Assembly: GCA_965220965.1 (NCBI GenBank)
Contig: OZ244852.1
Span: forward strand, 1,728,001-1,792,000
Length of the DNA stretch: 64,000 bases
Reading direction: 5' to 3'
Source of the DNA: Candidatus Marinacidobacterium sp.
GTDB lineage: Bacteria; Acidobacteriota; Vicinamibacteria; Marinacidobacterales; Marinacidobacteraceae
The position numbers and the translations under genes are program-made. Shown here piece after piece: positions 28,155 to 38,413 of this stretch; the stretch's first letter is position 1; the number at the start of each line of letters is the position of its first letter. The notes under the pieces were generated by a model, which was given only the letters and a program-made list of their open reading frames with translations, was not told the DNA's origin and ran no database searches.

Positions 28155-29104
28155 TCGTGCTCCGCGAGCCAGCGCTCGCAACTGATGGCCGCCATGCAGC
28201 CGGTTCCGGCCGCGGTGACCGCCTGCCGGTAGGTCGGGTCCATCACGTCCCCGCAGGCGAAGACGCCCTCCACCGAGGTCGTGGTGGTCCCGGGCCGGAC
28301 TTCGACGTAGCCTCGGGGGTCGAGCTCGAGCCGCTCGTGGAAGATCTCGGTGTTCGGAACGTGGCCGATGGCCACGAACATCGCGCCGACCGGAAGCTCC
28401 GAGTCGGCGCCGGTCTTCCGGTTCCGCAGCCGCAATCCGGTGACGCCGTCGTCGTCGCCGAGAACCTCCTCCACGACCGAATCCCAAACGAAGCGGATCC
28501 CGGCGTGGTTCAGCGCCCGGTTCGCCATGATCCGCGAGGCGCGCAGTTCGTCGCGCCGATGGATCACGTGGACGGTGGAGGCGAACCGCGTCAGGAACAG
28601 CGCCTCCTCCATCGCGGTGTCCCCGCCGCCGACGACCGCCATCTCGCGGCCCCGGTAGAGCGCCCCGTCACAGGTGGCGCAGGCGGAAACGCCTCGGTTC
28701 AGGAAGGCCTTCTCCGAGTCGAGGCCCAGCCAGCGGGCGCGCGCCCCGGTCGCCACGATCACCGACTCCGCGGTCCACGAGTCCTCCCCGGCGTGAACGG
28801 TGAAGGGGCGGGAGGAGAAGTCCACCCCATCGGCGTCCAGGTTGTGGACCTCGGCGCCGAAGCGCTCCGCCTGCCGGCGGAACAGGTCCATGAGCTCGGG
28901 GCCGGTGACGCCCTCGGGGAAGCCGGGGTAGTTCTCCACATCGGTGGTCAGCATGAGCTGGCCCCCGGGAAGGCCGATGTCCGGCTCGAAGCCCGAGCCC
29001 GCGAGGACGACCGGCTGGAGCTCGGCGCGCGCGGCGTAGAGCGCGGCGGTGTAGCCGGCCGGTCCGCTGCCGATGATGACGACGCGACGAGAACTGTCGG
29101 ACAA
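28151..29104 (-). CDS. trxB: Thioredoxin reductase
   Basis: IIGSGPAGYTAA, GGQL..TTDVENYPGF, SACATCDG, GGGDTAMEEA, HRR, GDV.D..YRQAVTAAG.GC. Confidence 0.97.
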   Translation of the reverse strand: MSDSSRRVVIIGSGPAGYTAALYAARAELQPVVLAGSGFEPDIGLPGGQLMLTTDVENYPGFPEGVTGPELMDLFRRQAERFGAEVHNLDADGVDFSSRPFTVHAGEDSWTAESVIVATGARARWLGLDSEKAFLNRGVSACATCDGALYRGREMAVVGGGDTAMEEALFLTRFASTVHVIHRRDELRASRIMANRALNHAGIRFVWDSVVEEVLGDDDGVTGLRLRNRKTGADSELPVGAMFVAIGHVPNTEIFHERLELDPRGYVEVRPGTTTTSVEGVFACGDVMDPTYRQAVTAAGTGCMAAISCERWLAEHE

Positions 29105-29241
29105 ACGCCGTGAGCGTAGCAGTAGCGAGGACCCGGAGGCCGGAAGCGACGGGGGCGCTCCGTTGACGCCCTCGGCCTCATTGGAAGCGACACACGCAAG
29201 GCCCCCTCGCTCCCGGCGCGCGGCCCGGTGGGCCGTTTCCG

Positions 29242-30114
29242 TTACGGGGGGCTGGTCAGTCGGGAGAGGGCGGCGAAGTCGTCCGGGGAGAGCGCCTCCG
29301 GACGCAGCGTGGGGGAAATCCGCAACTCCTCAAGGGCGTCCAGGACGCGGTTGGCCAGCCGGGCGGGGTCCGCGCCGGGCCAGGGCGGAAGCGCGGCCGC
29401 CGCGTTTCGCAGCGTCTTCCGGCGGTGGGTGAACAGCCCCCGGACGAGGTGGCGGAAGTGGGGCTCGTCGCCGACCCCGGGCGGGTCGGCGCGCGGCTCG
29501 AGGCGGACCACCGCCGAGACGACCCGGGGGCGCGGACGAAACGCCGCGGGGTGGATCCGGAAGGCGATCCGGACCCGCATCGCCTGCTGGACAACGACCG
29601 AGAGACCGCCGTACTCGGGAGTGTCCGGCCGGGCGGCGGCCCGTTCGGCGACTTCCGACTGAAGCGTCAGGGTGAGCGGCGTGAACGGGGCCGGACGGGC
29701 GCCGGCGCCCTCGATGAGCCGGAGCAGCAGGGGCGAGGCGGTGGAGAACGGGAGGTTTCCGCAGAGCGGAAGCGGGAGCGTCTCGCCGAGGTCCCCCGCC
29801 GCGGCCTCCAGATCCATCGTGAGGGCGTCCCCGGTGAGAAGCCGGAGGCGATCCGCCAGGCCGCGCTCCCGGGCGTGGGACCCGAGGCGATCCGCCAGCC
29901 TCGGGTCGAGCTCGATGGCGACAACGCGCGCGCCCGCCTCGAGCAGCGGGAAGGTGATCGCCCCCTTGCCGGGGCCGATTTCCACGATGGCGGCGGCCCT
30001 CTCCTCCCGCCCGGCCGGATCCGGGAGCCGGAGCGCCTCGGCGACGAAGCGCGTCGCGACCGAGCGGTCGTGCAGGAAATTCTGGCCGCGGGCGCGGGTG
30101 GGGAAAAACGCCAC
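29242..30114 (-). CDS. rsmA: 16S rRNA m6,2A1518/1519 dimethyltransferase
   Basis: RGQNFL, VEIGPGKGAIT, AIELD, GNLPF, LQSEVAER, F.PRPRVVS, F..RRKTLRN, RPE.LS. Start 30114 (GTG) or 30186. Confidence 0.93.
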   Translation of the reverse strand: MAFFPTRARGQNFLHDRSVATRFVAEALRLPDPAGREERAAAIVEIGPGKGAITFPLLEAGARVVAIELDPRLADRLGSHARERGLADRLRLLTGDALTMDLEAAAGDLGETLPLPLCGNLPFSTASPLLLRLIEGAGARPAPFTPLTLTLQSEVAERAAARPDTPEYGGLSVVVQQAMRVRIAFRIHPAAFRPRPRVVSAVVRLEPRADPPGVGDEPHFRHLVRGLFTHRRKTLRNAAAALPPWPGADPARLANRVLDALEELRISPTLRPEALSPDDFAALSRLTSPP

Positions 30115-30188
30115 AGGTTCCCGGGATTGTCGCCGGATCCGGGCGCCCGGGAGTTCTCCGCCCGCTGGCGGCAGTTCCGGCCCCATCC

Positions 30189-30217
30189 TTGCGGGACTAC
30201 TTGAGGTTTGATAGCGT
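30189..30217 (+). promoter_or_regulatory. Candidate sigma70 promoter for uppP-ftsK-amidase operon
   Basis: TTGCGG-17 nt-TAGCGT in a locally AT-rich divergent intergenic region, 15 nt before the uppP ATG. Confidence 0.45.
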
Positions 30218-30232
30218 AACTTCGGCTTTCTT

Positions 30233-31099
30233 ATGACTTTGACGCTCCTCGACACCGGCGCTGCGGTGGCCCTTGGCGTCCTGCAGGGACTGACCGAGTT
30301 CCTCCCGGTGTCGAGTTCCGGCCACCTCGTGCTGGGACGGGCCTGGTTGCCGGGGGACGCGCTCGCCGCCCCGGGTGTGCTGTTCGAAGTCGTCGTCCAT
30401 CTCGGGACCCTGGTCGCCGCGCTGGTGTTCCTGCGCCGCGAGGTGATCGGCATTCTGGCCTCGCTCCTTCCCGGAGGCGGCGCGGAGAAGGCCGCCGGGC
30501 GGCGGCTCGCGCTCCTCCTGATCCTGGGTTCCCTGCCCGCCGCCGCCCTCGGTCTCGGCTTCCGGGACCTGATCGTCGCCTCGTTCGATGGCATGGGCGC
30601 CGCCTCGGCCGGGCTGCTGGCCACCGGGGCGGCGCTGCTGGGTTCCCGCCGGCTTCCGGACGCCCCCGCCCCCGGTCCCCGGGAAGAGCCCGGCGTCGGC
30701 GCCGTCCCGCCGGCGCCCCGGAGGGTCGTGGACGCGCTCATCGTGGGAGCGGCGCAGGCGGTGGCGATCCTGCCCGGGGTGTCCCGATCGGGGTTCACGA
30801 TCCTCGCGGGGCGGCTTCGGGGACTCTCGCCGGCCGCGGCGGCGCGATTCAGCTTTCTCCTCTCGGCGCCGGTCATCGCCGGCGCCGCGCTGGTCGAGGG
30901 GAGCGCCTTCCTGCAGGTCGGAGGCGCGCCGCCGGTCGTCGCCTGGGAGCTCGCCGCCGGCTTCGCGGCGGCGCTCGTCTCCGGCCTGCTGGCGCTCAAG
31001 TGGGTCTTCGGGTGGCTCGAAGCGCGGCGCTTCCACCAGTTCGGCTGGTATTGCCTGCTGGTCGGCGGCTGCGGCGCGGGCTGGGTGGCGGCCTCGTGA
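30233..31099 (+). CDS. uppP: Undecaprenyl-diphosphate phosphatase
   Basis: QGLTEFLPVSSSGHL, HLGT, AILPGVSRSG.TI, ARFSFLL. Confidence 0.95.
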   Translation: MTLTLLDTGAAVALGVLQGLTEFLPVSSSGHLVLGRAWLPGDALAAPGVLFEVVVHLGTLVAALVFLRREVIGILASLLPGGGAEKAAGRRLALLLILGSLPAAALGLGFRDLIVASFDGMGAASAGLLATGAALLGSRRLPDAPAPGPREEPGVGAVPPAPRRVVDALIVGAAQAVAILPGVSRSGFTILAGRLRGLSPAAAARFSFLLSAPVIAGAALVEGSAFLQVGGAPPVVAWELAAGFAAALVSGLLALKWVFGWLEARRFHQFGWYCLLVGGCGAGWVAAS

Positions 31100-33390
31100 T
31101 GAAACGGGTGGCCGAGGCCCTGGGACGCGTCCTCTCCTCGGCGTTCTGGCGCCGCGAGTCGGGGGCGGTCCTGCTGCTGGCCGCCGGGGTCGCGGTGACG
31201 GCGGCGCTGGTGTCGCACTCGCCGGCCGATCCGGTCCCGGTGCTGACCGCCGGAAGGCCGGGACCGACGCTGAACTGGCTGGGGCCGGCCGGAGCGCTCC
31301 TCTCCAGCGTCATCCTCGAGACCGCCGGGCTGGTGGGCGTCGTCCTGCCCGTGCTGCTCATCCTGGCGGGGGTCCGGCGGCTCCGGCCGCCGCCGCCGGA
31401 TCAGGATCCGCCCGGGGTCCGGCCGCTGATCGCCGCCAGCCTGATGGTGAGCGGCGCCGGCCTGCTGGCGCTTCTCCAGCAGGTCCTGGGAGCGTCGGGG
31501 TTCGCCTGGGGCGGCGTCGCGGGGGCCCTGCTGGCCTCGGGACTGACGGCCGTCCTGAACCCGCTGGGCGCCGGGGTCGTCCTCGTGGCGCTGGCGGCGG
31601 TGGGATGGTTCGCGCTCCGGCCGTGGAGCGCGGGCGCCGAGAAGGAGACTTCGGACAGCGCGTGGGCCCGGCTGCGGGCTGGGCTCCGCGCCCGGTTCCT
31701 CGGCAAGACCCGCAGGCGGGAACGCCAGCGGACCGAGCGGCGGTTCGTGGCCCGGATCCAGCGGCGCCGCCGGACGACCGCGGGGACGACCCCCGCGCCG
31801 CGGCCGGTACCGCGCCCGCCGCGCGGCGGAGACCTGTTCGCGGAGGCGCCGGCGGCGACGCCGCCGAAGCGCCGTTCCGCCGCCAGGGCTCCCGCCCGCG
31901 GACCCTCGCGCTGGAAGCTGCCGTCGGTCCAGTTGCTGACCGGCCGCGCCAACCAGCCGGGGCCATCGCGGCGGGTCCTGGAGGAGCGGAAGCGGGCGCT
32001 CGAGGCGGCGTGCGAGGAGCACGGCATCCGGGGAGAAGTGGACCGGATTCAGCCGGGGCCGGTGGTGACGACCTTCGAGTTCCGCCTCGGGGAAGGCGAG
32101 ACCGTGAACAAGCTGCGGAATCGCCACGAAGAGCTGTGCATGGCGCTGAAGGCGCCGGCGATCCGGGTCGAGCGGGTGCCCGGCAAGGGAGTCGTGGGGG
32201 TCGAGGTCCCGAACCCGGCGCCCTCGGTCGTGGGGCTCCGGGAGATTCTCGAGTCTCGGGAGTTCACCGGGAACACCGGCGCGCTGCCGGTGGCGATCGG
32301 CCGGCTGGTGGACGGCCAGCCGCTGGTGAAGAACCTCGCGGACATGCCGCACCTGCTGATCGCCGGCGCCACCGGCGCGGGCAAGTCGGTCCAGATCAAC
32401 ACGCTTCTGGTGTCGCTGCTCTTCCGCCAGTCCCCCGACGATCTGCGGCTCATCCTGATCGACCCGAAACGGGTGGAGCTGCGGCCCTACCGGAACCTGC
32501 CGCACCTCCTGACGCCGCTCATTCTGGAGCCCGACCAGGCGAAGACCGTCCTCCTGCGCGCCTGCCGCGAGCTCGACCGCCGGACGCGGATCCTCGAGGA
32601 GCACGGGGTCCGCAACATCGAGGGCTACAACCAGCAGATCCGGCGACTCCGGGAGGAGGCCGGCAAGGGACGGCGGCGGCGCAGGAACGCGGTGGAGGGG
32701 GATCCCATTCCGCCGCCGATGCCGCGGCTCGTCATCGTGGTGGACGAACTGGCCGACCTGTTCATCCAGGCCCGCGCCGAGGTCACCCCGGCGATCCAGC
32801 GCCTCCTGAGCCTGGGCCGGGCCGAGGGCATCCATCTGGTGCTGGCCACCCAGCGCCCCTCCACCGACATCGTGAGCGGGACGCTCAAGGCGAACCTCCC
32901 CACCCGGATCGCCTTCCGGGTCGCGAGCTACGTGGATTCGCGGACGATCCTGGACCGGATCGGCGCGGAGAACCTGCTGGGCAAGGGCGACATGCTCGTC
33001 ATGCAGGCCGGGGCGGTGATGCCGCGGGCGCAGGGCGCCTTCGTGGACGAGCGCGAAGTGGGCCGGCTCGCGAAGTACTGGGAGAAGGCCGGCGAGCCGG
33101 TCTTCGATGAAGAGATGCTGCGCGAGGAAGAGCCGGCCCCGGCGGCGGGCGCCCGTCGGGGCGCAGCCGCCGCAGTGGCCGCCGGGGGAGGCGGCGGGTT
33201 CCGGGACGGCATGCTGCCGGCCGCGAAGGAGATCGTGGTGCGCGAGCAGAAGGCCTCCACCTCGATGCTCCAGACCGAGCTCGGCCTCGGCTACCAGCGG
33301 GCGCGGCGGATCGTGGCCGAGCTGGAGCGGCAGGGCGTCGTGGGACCGGCGCGGGGGGCGACGCCCCGGGAGGTTCTGGTCCAGCCATGA
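31099..33390 (+). CDS. ftsK: DNA translocase FtsK (N-terminal TM domain, motor, gamma domain)
   Basis: GPVVTTFE, GVEVPN, MPHLLIAGATGAGKS, IDPKRVEL, VVDELADL, LATQRPS, GAENLLGKGDML, ASTSMLQ..LGLGYQRARR. Confidence 0.95.
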   Translation: MKRVAEALGRVLSSAFWRRESGAVLLLAAGVAVTAALVSHSPADPVPVLTAGRPGPTLNWLGPAGALLSSVILETAGLVGVVLPVLLILAGVRRLRPPPPDQDPPGVRPLIAASLMVSGAGLLALLQQVLGASGFAWGGVAGALLASGLTAVLNPLGAGVVLVALAAVGWFALRPWSAGAEKETSDSAWARLRAGLRARFLGKTRRRERQRTERRFVARIQRRRRTTAGTTPAPRPVPRPPRGGDLFAEAPAATPPKRRSAARAPARGPSRWKLPSVQLLTGRANQPGPSRRVLEERKRALEAACEEHGIRGEVDRIQPGPVVTTFEFRLGEGETVNKLRNRHEELCMALKAPAIRVERVPGKGVVGVEVPNPAPSVVGLREILESREFTGNTGALPVAIGRLVDGQPLVKNLADMPHLLIAGATGAGKSVQINTLLVSLLFRQSPDDLRLILIDPKRVELRPYRNLPHLLTPLILEPDQAKTVLLRACRELDRRTRILEEHGVRNIEGYNQQIRRLREEAGKGRRRRRNAVEGDPIPPPMPRLVIVVDELADLFIQARAEVTPAIQRLLSLGRAEGIHLVLATQRPSTDIVSGTLKANLPTRIAFRVASYVDSRTILDRIGAENLLGKGDMLVMQAGAVMPRAQGAFVDEREVGRLAKYWEKAGEPVFDEEMLREEEPAPAAGARRGAAAAVAAGGGGGFRDGMLPAAKEIVVREQKASTSMLQTELGLGYQRARRIVAELERQGVVGPARGATPREVLVQP

Positions 33391-35126
33391 GACTGCGCCA
33401 GATCGCCCGGACGGTCGCCATCGGAGCGCTCGGATTCGCGCTGCTCGGCGCGCCGGCGGCGGCGCAGAGCGCCCGGCAGCTCTACGAGCGGGCGAGGGAG
33501 GCGGAGACCCGGCTCCGGGGCTCGCAGGAGCGGGCGAGCGACCCGGCGGCGTGGACCAGCGTGGGCCGCGCCTACCGCGCGGTGGTCCTCTCCTGGCCGC
33601 GCAGCGGCTACTGCGACGACGCGCTCTGGTACGCCGGGGGCGTCTACCGGGACGCCGCCGAGCGGTTCCAGGACCGTTCCTTCGCGGTGCGGGGGGTGGA
33701 CGCCTACCGGCTGCTGAGCCGGGGGTATCCGGCGAGCAAGTGGGTCCCGAAGGCGCTCTACCAGCAGGTCCGGCTATCCGCGGGGCGGCTCGGGGACCGG
33801 GCGGGCGCGGAGCGCGCGCTGGCGGAGCTGCGGCGGCGGGCGCCGCGCGGCCCCGAGGCGCGGATGGCGGCGGCGGTGCTGGCGCCCGCCGAACCGGAGG
33901 TGGTCGCGACGCCAGCGCGGGAGCGGGCGGCGGCGCCAGCGGTCATCCGGAACATCCGGCACTGGGTCGGGGAATCCCACACCCGGGTCGTCATCGACAT
34001 GAGCGGGCGCACCGGGTCGACCGAGGGGCGGCTCTCGAACCCGGAGCGGGTGTACTTCGACCTCCAGGGGGCCGAGCTGGCCGAAGACCTGGCGACGCGC
34101 GAATTCCCGATCGAGGGCTCGCACCTGCGGCGGATCCGGCTGGGCGCCCACGACGAGGGGGTCGTCCGCGTCGTGCTCGACTTCTCGAGCGTGCGGGAGG
34201 TGACCTCGTTCTGGCTGCCCGATCCCTACCGGCTGGTCGTGGACATCCACGGCGCTCCCCGGACGGTCGTGGCGGAAGCCGAGCCCCAACCCCCGGAGGT
34301 GTCCGATCCGGAGTCTTCGGACGAGGCGCCGGAGGCGGCCGCCCCGGCGGCCGACGAGCCGGCCGCGGCCCGGCCCACGACCTCCGGCTACTCGCTCGCC
34401 CGGCAACTGGGGCTCCGGGTGAAGAAGATCGTCGTGGACCCCGGTCACGGCGGGCAGGACCCGGGCACCCGGGCGGGCAGCCTGCTGGAGAAGGACATCA
34501 CGCTGGACATCGGAATGCGGGTCCGGAAGCTCCTCGAAGAGCGGGGTTTCGACGTCGTGATGACCCGGGAGACCGACGTGTTCATCCCCCTCGAGCAGCG
34601 GGCCTTCCTCGCGAACGACGCCGGCGCCGACCTGTTCGTCTCGATCCACGTGAACGCCGCCCGGAACCGCAGCGCTCGGGGGCTTGAGACCTTCTACCTG
34701 AACCTGGCCACCTCGCCCGAGGCGGCCGAGGTCGCGGCGCGGGAAAACGCGTCGAACCAGGAGATCCGGGTCAGCGAGCTGCAGGATCTCCTGCCGCGCA
34801 TCCTGAACCACGAGCGCAAGGAGGAGTCGCGGGCCTTCGCCGAGGCGATGCAGGGGGCGCTGACCGAGGAGATCCTCGGCCATGAGGAACACCCCCACAA
34901 CCGGGGCGTGAAGACCGCCGGCTTCCACGTGCTGCTCGGCGCCCGGATGGCCGCCATCCTGGTCGAGGCGGGGTTCGTCTCGAACCGCGAAGAGGCGCGG
35001 CTGCTCCGCCGCGACGACCACCGGGAGAAGCTGGCGGCGGCGATCGCCGAAGGGGTGGCCCGCTACGCCGGCGAGCTCGGCCAGGAGCCGACCGCCACCG
35101 CCGACCGGTCGTCACCCGGCGAGTAA
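33387..35126 (+). CDS. N-acetylmuramoyl-L-alanine amidase (TPR + AMIN + Amidase_3), AmiC-like
   Basis: Signal peptide, TPR-like helices, TRVVID...PERVYFDL / PYRLVVD AMIN repeats, VDPGHGG, EKD, SIHVNA, LVEAGF.SN. Confidence 0.92.
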   Translation: MRLRQIARTVAIGALGFALLGAPAAAQSARQLYERAREAETRLRGSQERASDPAAWTSVGRAYRAVVLSWPRSGYCDDALWYAGGVYRDAAERFQDRSFAVRGVDAYRLLSRGYPASKWVPKALYQQVRLSAGRLGDRAGAERALAELRRRAPRGPEARMAAAVLAPAEPEVVATPARERAAAPAVIRNIRHWVGESHTRVVIDMSGRTGSTEGRLSNPERVYFDLQGAELAEDLATREFPIEGSHLRRIRLGAHDEGVVRVVLDFSSVREVTSFWLPDPYRLVVDIHGAPRTVVAEAEPQPPEVSDPESSDEAPEAAAPAADEPAAARPTTSGYSLARQLGLRVKKIVVDPGHGGQDPGTRAGSLLEKDITLDIGMRVRKLLEERGFDVVMTRETDVFIPLEQRAFLANDAGADLFVSIHVNAARNRSARGLETFYLNLATSPEAAEVAARENASNQEIRVSELQDLLPRILNHERKEESRAFAEAMQGALTEEILGHEEHPHNRGVKTAGFHVLLGARMAAILVEAGFVSNREEARLLRRDDHREKLAAAIAEGVARYAGELGQEPTATADRSSPGE

Positions 35127-35132
35127 ACCGCC

Positions 35133-35188
35133 CGACCCCCGGGGCCCGAAGGCCCCCGGGGTCGTCGGTAAGCGGCGCGAAAGGCCGC
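35133..35188. terminator. GC hairpins between convergent genes (possible terminator)
   Basis: CGACCCCCGGGGCC-CGAA-GGCCCCCGGGGTCG, then GCGGC-GCGAAAG-GCCGC. No strong U-tract. Confidence 0.5.
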
Positions 35189-35205
35189 TCAGAAGTAAAA
35201 CGGGC

Positions 35206-38157
35206 TCAGAAGGTGAAGCGGAGTCCCAACTGGAACTCGCGCGGCGGATAGGCGGCGCCCGGGATCAGGAAGGAGCCCGAGGTGATGATGTCGCTGCCCA
35301 TCTGGTTGAAGTTGACCCGGTTCAGGGCGTTGAAGATGTCTCCCAGCACGGTGACTTCGTAGCGGTCCCCCATCGCCACCGCGTAGCGGAAGCTGAGATC
35401 CAGCTTGGCGAAGTCGGGCTCGGTGAGGCCGTTGATCTTCCCGTCGAAGTCCACGCTCTGGGCGATGTCGGAGTCCCGGTTTGCGGAGTAGCTGCCGGCG
35501 GGGGCCACGACCCGGCTGTCGTTGTCGGTGCGGTCGTTCGTCTCGAGCGTGTCCCGGGTGCCGCTCAGGTAGCGGAAGATGCCGGTGACGTAGAGCCCGG
35601 CGCTGTCGGACCACGAGGTCCCCGGAACCAGCCAGCTCCACGAGGTCACGAAGTTGTGCTTGCGGTACCAGGGCGAGGGGCGGTCCACGTTCTGCGGGGC
35701 GTTCATGTTGAGGCTGAGGGGCGCCCCGATGAGCTGGCCGGTGTCGAAGTTGTAGCCGCTCTCGGTGTAGGACTGGAACCGCGCCCCCGGCACGCCCCCG
35801 GCGTTCACGTTCCCGCTCTGCGAGGCGAGCGTGTAGGACGCGGTGAAGCTCATCCGGCCGATCGGGCTCTCGCTCATCCGCCGCCGCAGCGACATCTGGA
35901 GGCTCGTGTAGTCGCTTTCGCCTGCGTTGATGTAGGTCCAGATCGACCCGAAGTCCCGCACCTCGCCGTTCAGGATGCTGATGTTCGGGCGCGTTCCGAG
36001 CGAGCGGGAGAACGGGTTCAGTTCGACGCCCACGTTGACGTTCCGGTTCCGGGTGTGGATCACGTCCACGCCGAACGAGGTCGCCTCCGCGATCTCGTGC
36101 TGCACTCCCAGACTCAGGGTGTCGGCGTAGGGCGTGGTGCGGTCGGGATGGGGGACCGTCGGCTGGCTGTTCACGCCGCCGGTGTCGCCGCTCTCGAGAT
36201 CCGCCGCGATGAAGCTGCGAAGCCCGTTCAGCGTCGTGATGTTGTTCGCGTGGACCATGTCGTAGAACAACTGCGGGTCGTTGCCGCCGCTGGGGACCCG
36301 GGTCGTGAACCCGAACGGAAGCAGGGCGGCGTCGAAGTAGAAGTCCTCGTAGAACCCGAGCTGGAACCGCTCGAAGAAGCGGCCGAACCCGCCGCGGACC
36401 GCGGTGCGGCCCTCACCCGAGACGTCCCAGTTGAACCCGATCCGGGGGCCGATATTGTCGTTGTCGTCGGTCAGGTCCTCCTTGTCCCAGCGGACTCCGA
36501 GGTTCAGCGTCAGGTTCGCGCTGGGCTGCCAGTCGTCCTGGAAGAACACCCCCCAGACGTTGTTCCTCGGGACCGAGGCGTTCTCCCCCGAGGAGCCTCC
36601 CACCCGGATCACGAAGAAGTTGGGATAGGTCGAGAGGTCCTCGCGGTTCCAGGGAGCGTCCTCCTCGAAGACGAACTGCCCGTTCGCGGTGGAGGAGTTG
36701 TTCCGCTCCACCGAACGGCGGGAGAACTGGAAGCCCATGCGGATGTTGTGGTTGCCGAACCAGTCGGGCACGAACAGCGAGAACGTGTCGTCGATCTGGT
36801 ACGACTGGTTGACGCGGTGGGAGGCCACCGTGCTGGCGCCCTCGAGCACCGTGTCGCGCGACTGCGAGACATCGAGCGCGCGCTGCGCCTCGAAGGTCTG
36901 CCCGTTGCCATTGAACCCGGGGTTCGCGAAGGCCACGTCCTCCTCGGTGAAGGAGACCCGCAGGTTGTTGAAGCCGCGGTCCCCGACCACGCTGTCGAGC
37001 GAACCGATGATGCTGGTGTCCCAGTCCTGCTCCTCCCGGGAGGCCTCGAGCGTCGTGTTGCCGCCGATGATCTGGTTGTACTGCGGGGAGTACTCCTGGA
37101 GCCCCCGGACCGCCGCCTTGTGGTCGTCGTTGATCTGGTAGTCCAGCTTGATCATCGTGTTGCGAAGCAGGTTGTCCTCGGTGGTGGAGAACGAGAGCTC
37201 CGGCCGGGTCTCGAAGGTGCGGGCGACGCCCTCCTGCGGCGTGAGCCGCTCGAAGCTGCCGAAGAAGTGGAACCGGTCGCGCACGATCGGGCCTCCGATC
37301 ACGCCGCCGATCGACTGGAACCGGATGTCCGGCTGGTCCTGGTCGTTCCGCTCGGTGAAGAAGTTCTTCGCGTTCAGCGAAGCGTCCTGGCGGTAGTAGA
37401 AGCCGGTCCCCTGAATCTGGTTCGTCCCGCTCTTCGTGACCGCGTTGATCACGCCGCCCTGGGTGCGGCCGAACTCGGCGTCGAACTGGGTCGTCAGGAT
37501 CTGGAACTCCTGGACCGCTTCGATCGCGGTCCGCGTCTGGGCGCCGGCGGAGCCGCCGATCACGTCGTCATCGTTGTTCGCCCCGTCCACGTTGAACGAG
37601 TTGTTGTTGTTGTCCTGACCGTTCACGAAGATCGAGTCGGCGGCGGTGGAGGCGGTGGCCACGTTCGGGATCACGCCCGGGATCAGGCCGGCGAAGTCGA
37701 TGAAGCTCCGCGACTGCGTCGGCAGCGTGTCCATCGTCTCGGTCGTGACCGTGGACCCGATCTCCTTGGAGCTCACGTCCACCACCGGCGCCTCGGCGGT
37801 CACGACGACGGTCTCCTCGATGCCGCCCAGCTCCATCGTGATGTTGAGCGCCGCCTCCTGGCCGACGAGAAGCTGGATTCCGTCGCGGCGCGCCGTCCGG
37901 AACGAGGACAGGCTGAAGACGACGTCGTAGGGGCCGGGCTGCAGCCCGTTCAGGATGTAGCGGCCAGTGCCCGAAGTCGTCACCGAGCGGACGGCGCCGG
38001 TGTCGGCGTTCGTCGCCGTCACGGTGACGCCCGGCAGGGCCAGCCCGCCCGAGTCGACGACCGTGCCGCCGAGGCTCGCGCGGGCGAACTGCGCGGACGC
38101 CGACGCCGCCATCCCGAGCGTCGCCAGCCCCGCGATCAGAAGGGTCCGGATAAACAT
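35206..38157 (-). CDS. TonB-dependent receptor, Oar/carboxypeptidase-regulatory-domain type
   Basis: Signal peptide, GTVVDSGG.ALPGVTVT, AVQEFQ..T..FDAEFGR..GGVINAVTKSGTN, FFQDDW, NLGVRW, C-terminal QLGLRFTF. ATG at 38157. Confidence 0.93.
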   Translation of the reverse strand: MFIRTLLIAGLATLGMAASASAQFARASLGGTVVDSGGLALPGVTVTATNADTGAVRSVTTSGTGRYILNGLQPGPYDVVFSLSSFRTARRDGIQLLVGQEAALNITMELGGIEETVVVTAEAPVVDVSSKEIGSTVTTETMDTLPTQSRSFIDFAGLIPGVIPNVATASTAADSIFVNGQDNNNNSFNVDGANNDDDVIGGSAGAQTRTAIEAVQEFQILTTQFDAEFGRTQGGVINAVTKSGTNQIQGTGFYYRQDASLNAKNFFTERNDQDQPDIRFQSIGGVIGGPIVRDRFHFFGSFERLTPQEGVARTFETRPELSFSTTEDNLLRNTMIKLDYQINDDHKAAVRGLQEYSPQYNQIIGGNTTLEASREEQDWDTSIIGSLDSVVGDRGFNNLRVSFTEEDVAFANPGFNGNGQTFEAQRALDVSQSRDTVLEGASTVASHRVNQSYQIDDTFSLFVPDWFGNHNIRMGFQFSRRSVERNNSSTANGQFVFEEDAPWNREDLSTYPNFFVIRVGGSSGENASVPRNNVWGVFFQDDWQPSANLTLNLGVRWDKEDLTDDNDNIGPRIGFNWDVSGEGRTAVRGGFGRFFERFQLGFYEDFYFDAALLPFGFTTRVPSGGNDPQLFYDMVHANNITTLNGLRSFIAADLESGDTGGVNSQPTVPHPDRTTPYADTLSLGVQHEIAEATSFGVDVIHTRNRNVNVGVELNPFSRSLGTRPNISILNGEVRDFGSIWTYINAGESDYTSLQMSLRRRMSESPIGRMSFTASYTLASQSGNVNAGGVPGARFQSYTESGYNFDTGQLIGAPLSLNMNAPQNVDRPSPWYRKHNFVTSWSWLVPGTSWSDSAGLYVTGIFRYLSGTRDTLETNDRTDNDSRVVAPAGSYSANRDSDIAQSVDFDGKINGLTEPDFAKLDLSFRYAVAMGDRYEVTVLGDIFNALNRVNFNQMGSDIITSGSFLIPGAAYPPREFQLGLRFTF

Positions 38158-38281
38158 GCGATCTCTCCCTGATATTGAGGGCCCACCCGCGCTTCGGCGG
38201 AGTGAACCGGGTTCCCACGAAACGGCCCCTAAGCTAACAAACTCCCCGCGAACCGACCCGAGGGAGATCCGGGCCCACCCG

Positions 38282-38354
<73 letters not shown>

Positions 38355-38413
38355 TGCGCTCCGGATCAGACGTTGCGCGACCCGGAAGTTTGGCACATCA
38401 GGCGATCATCCGA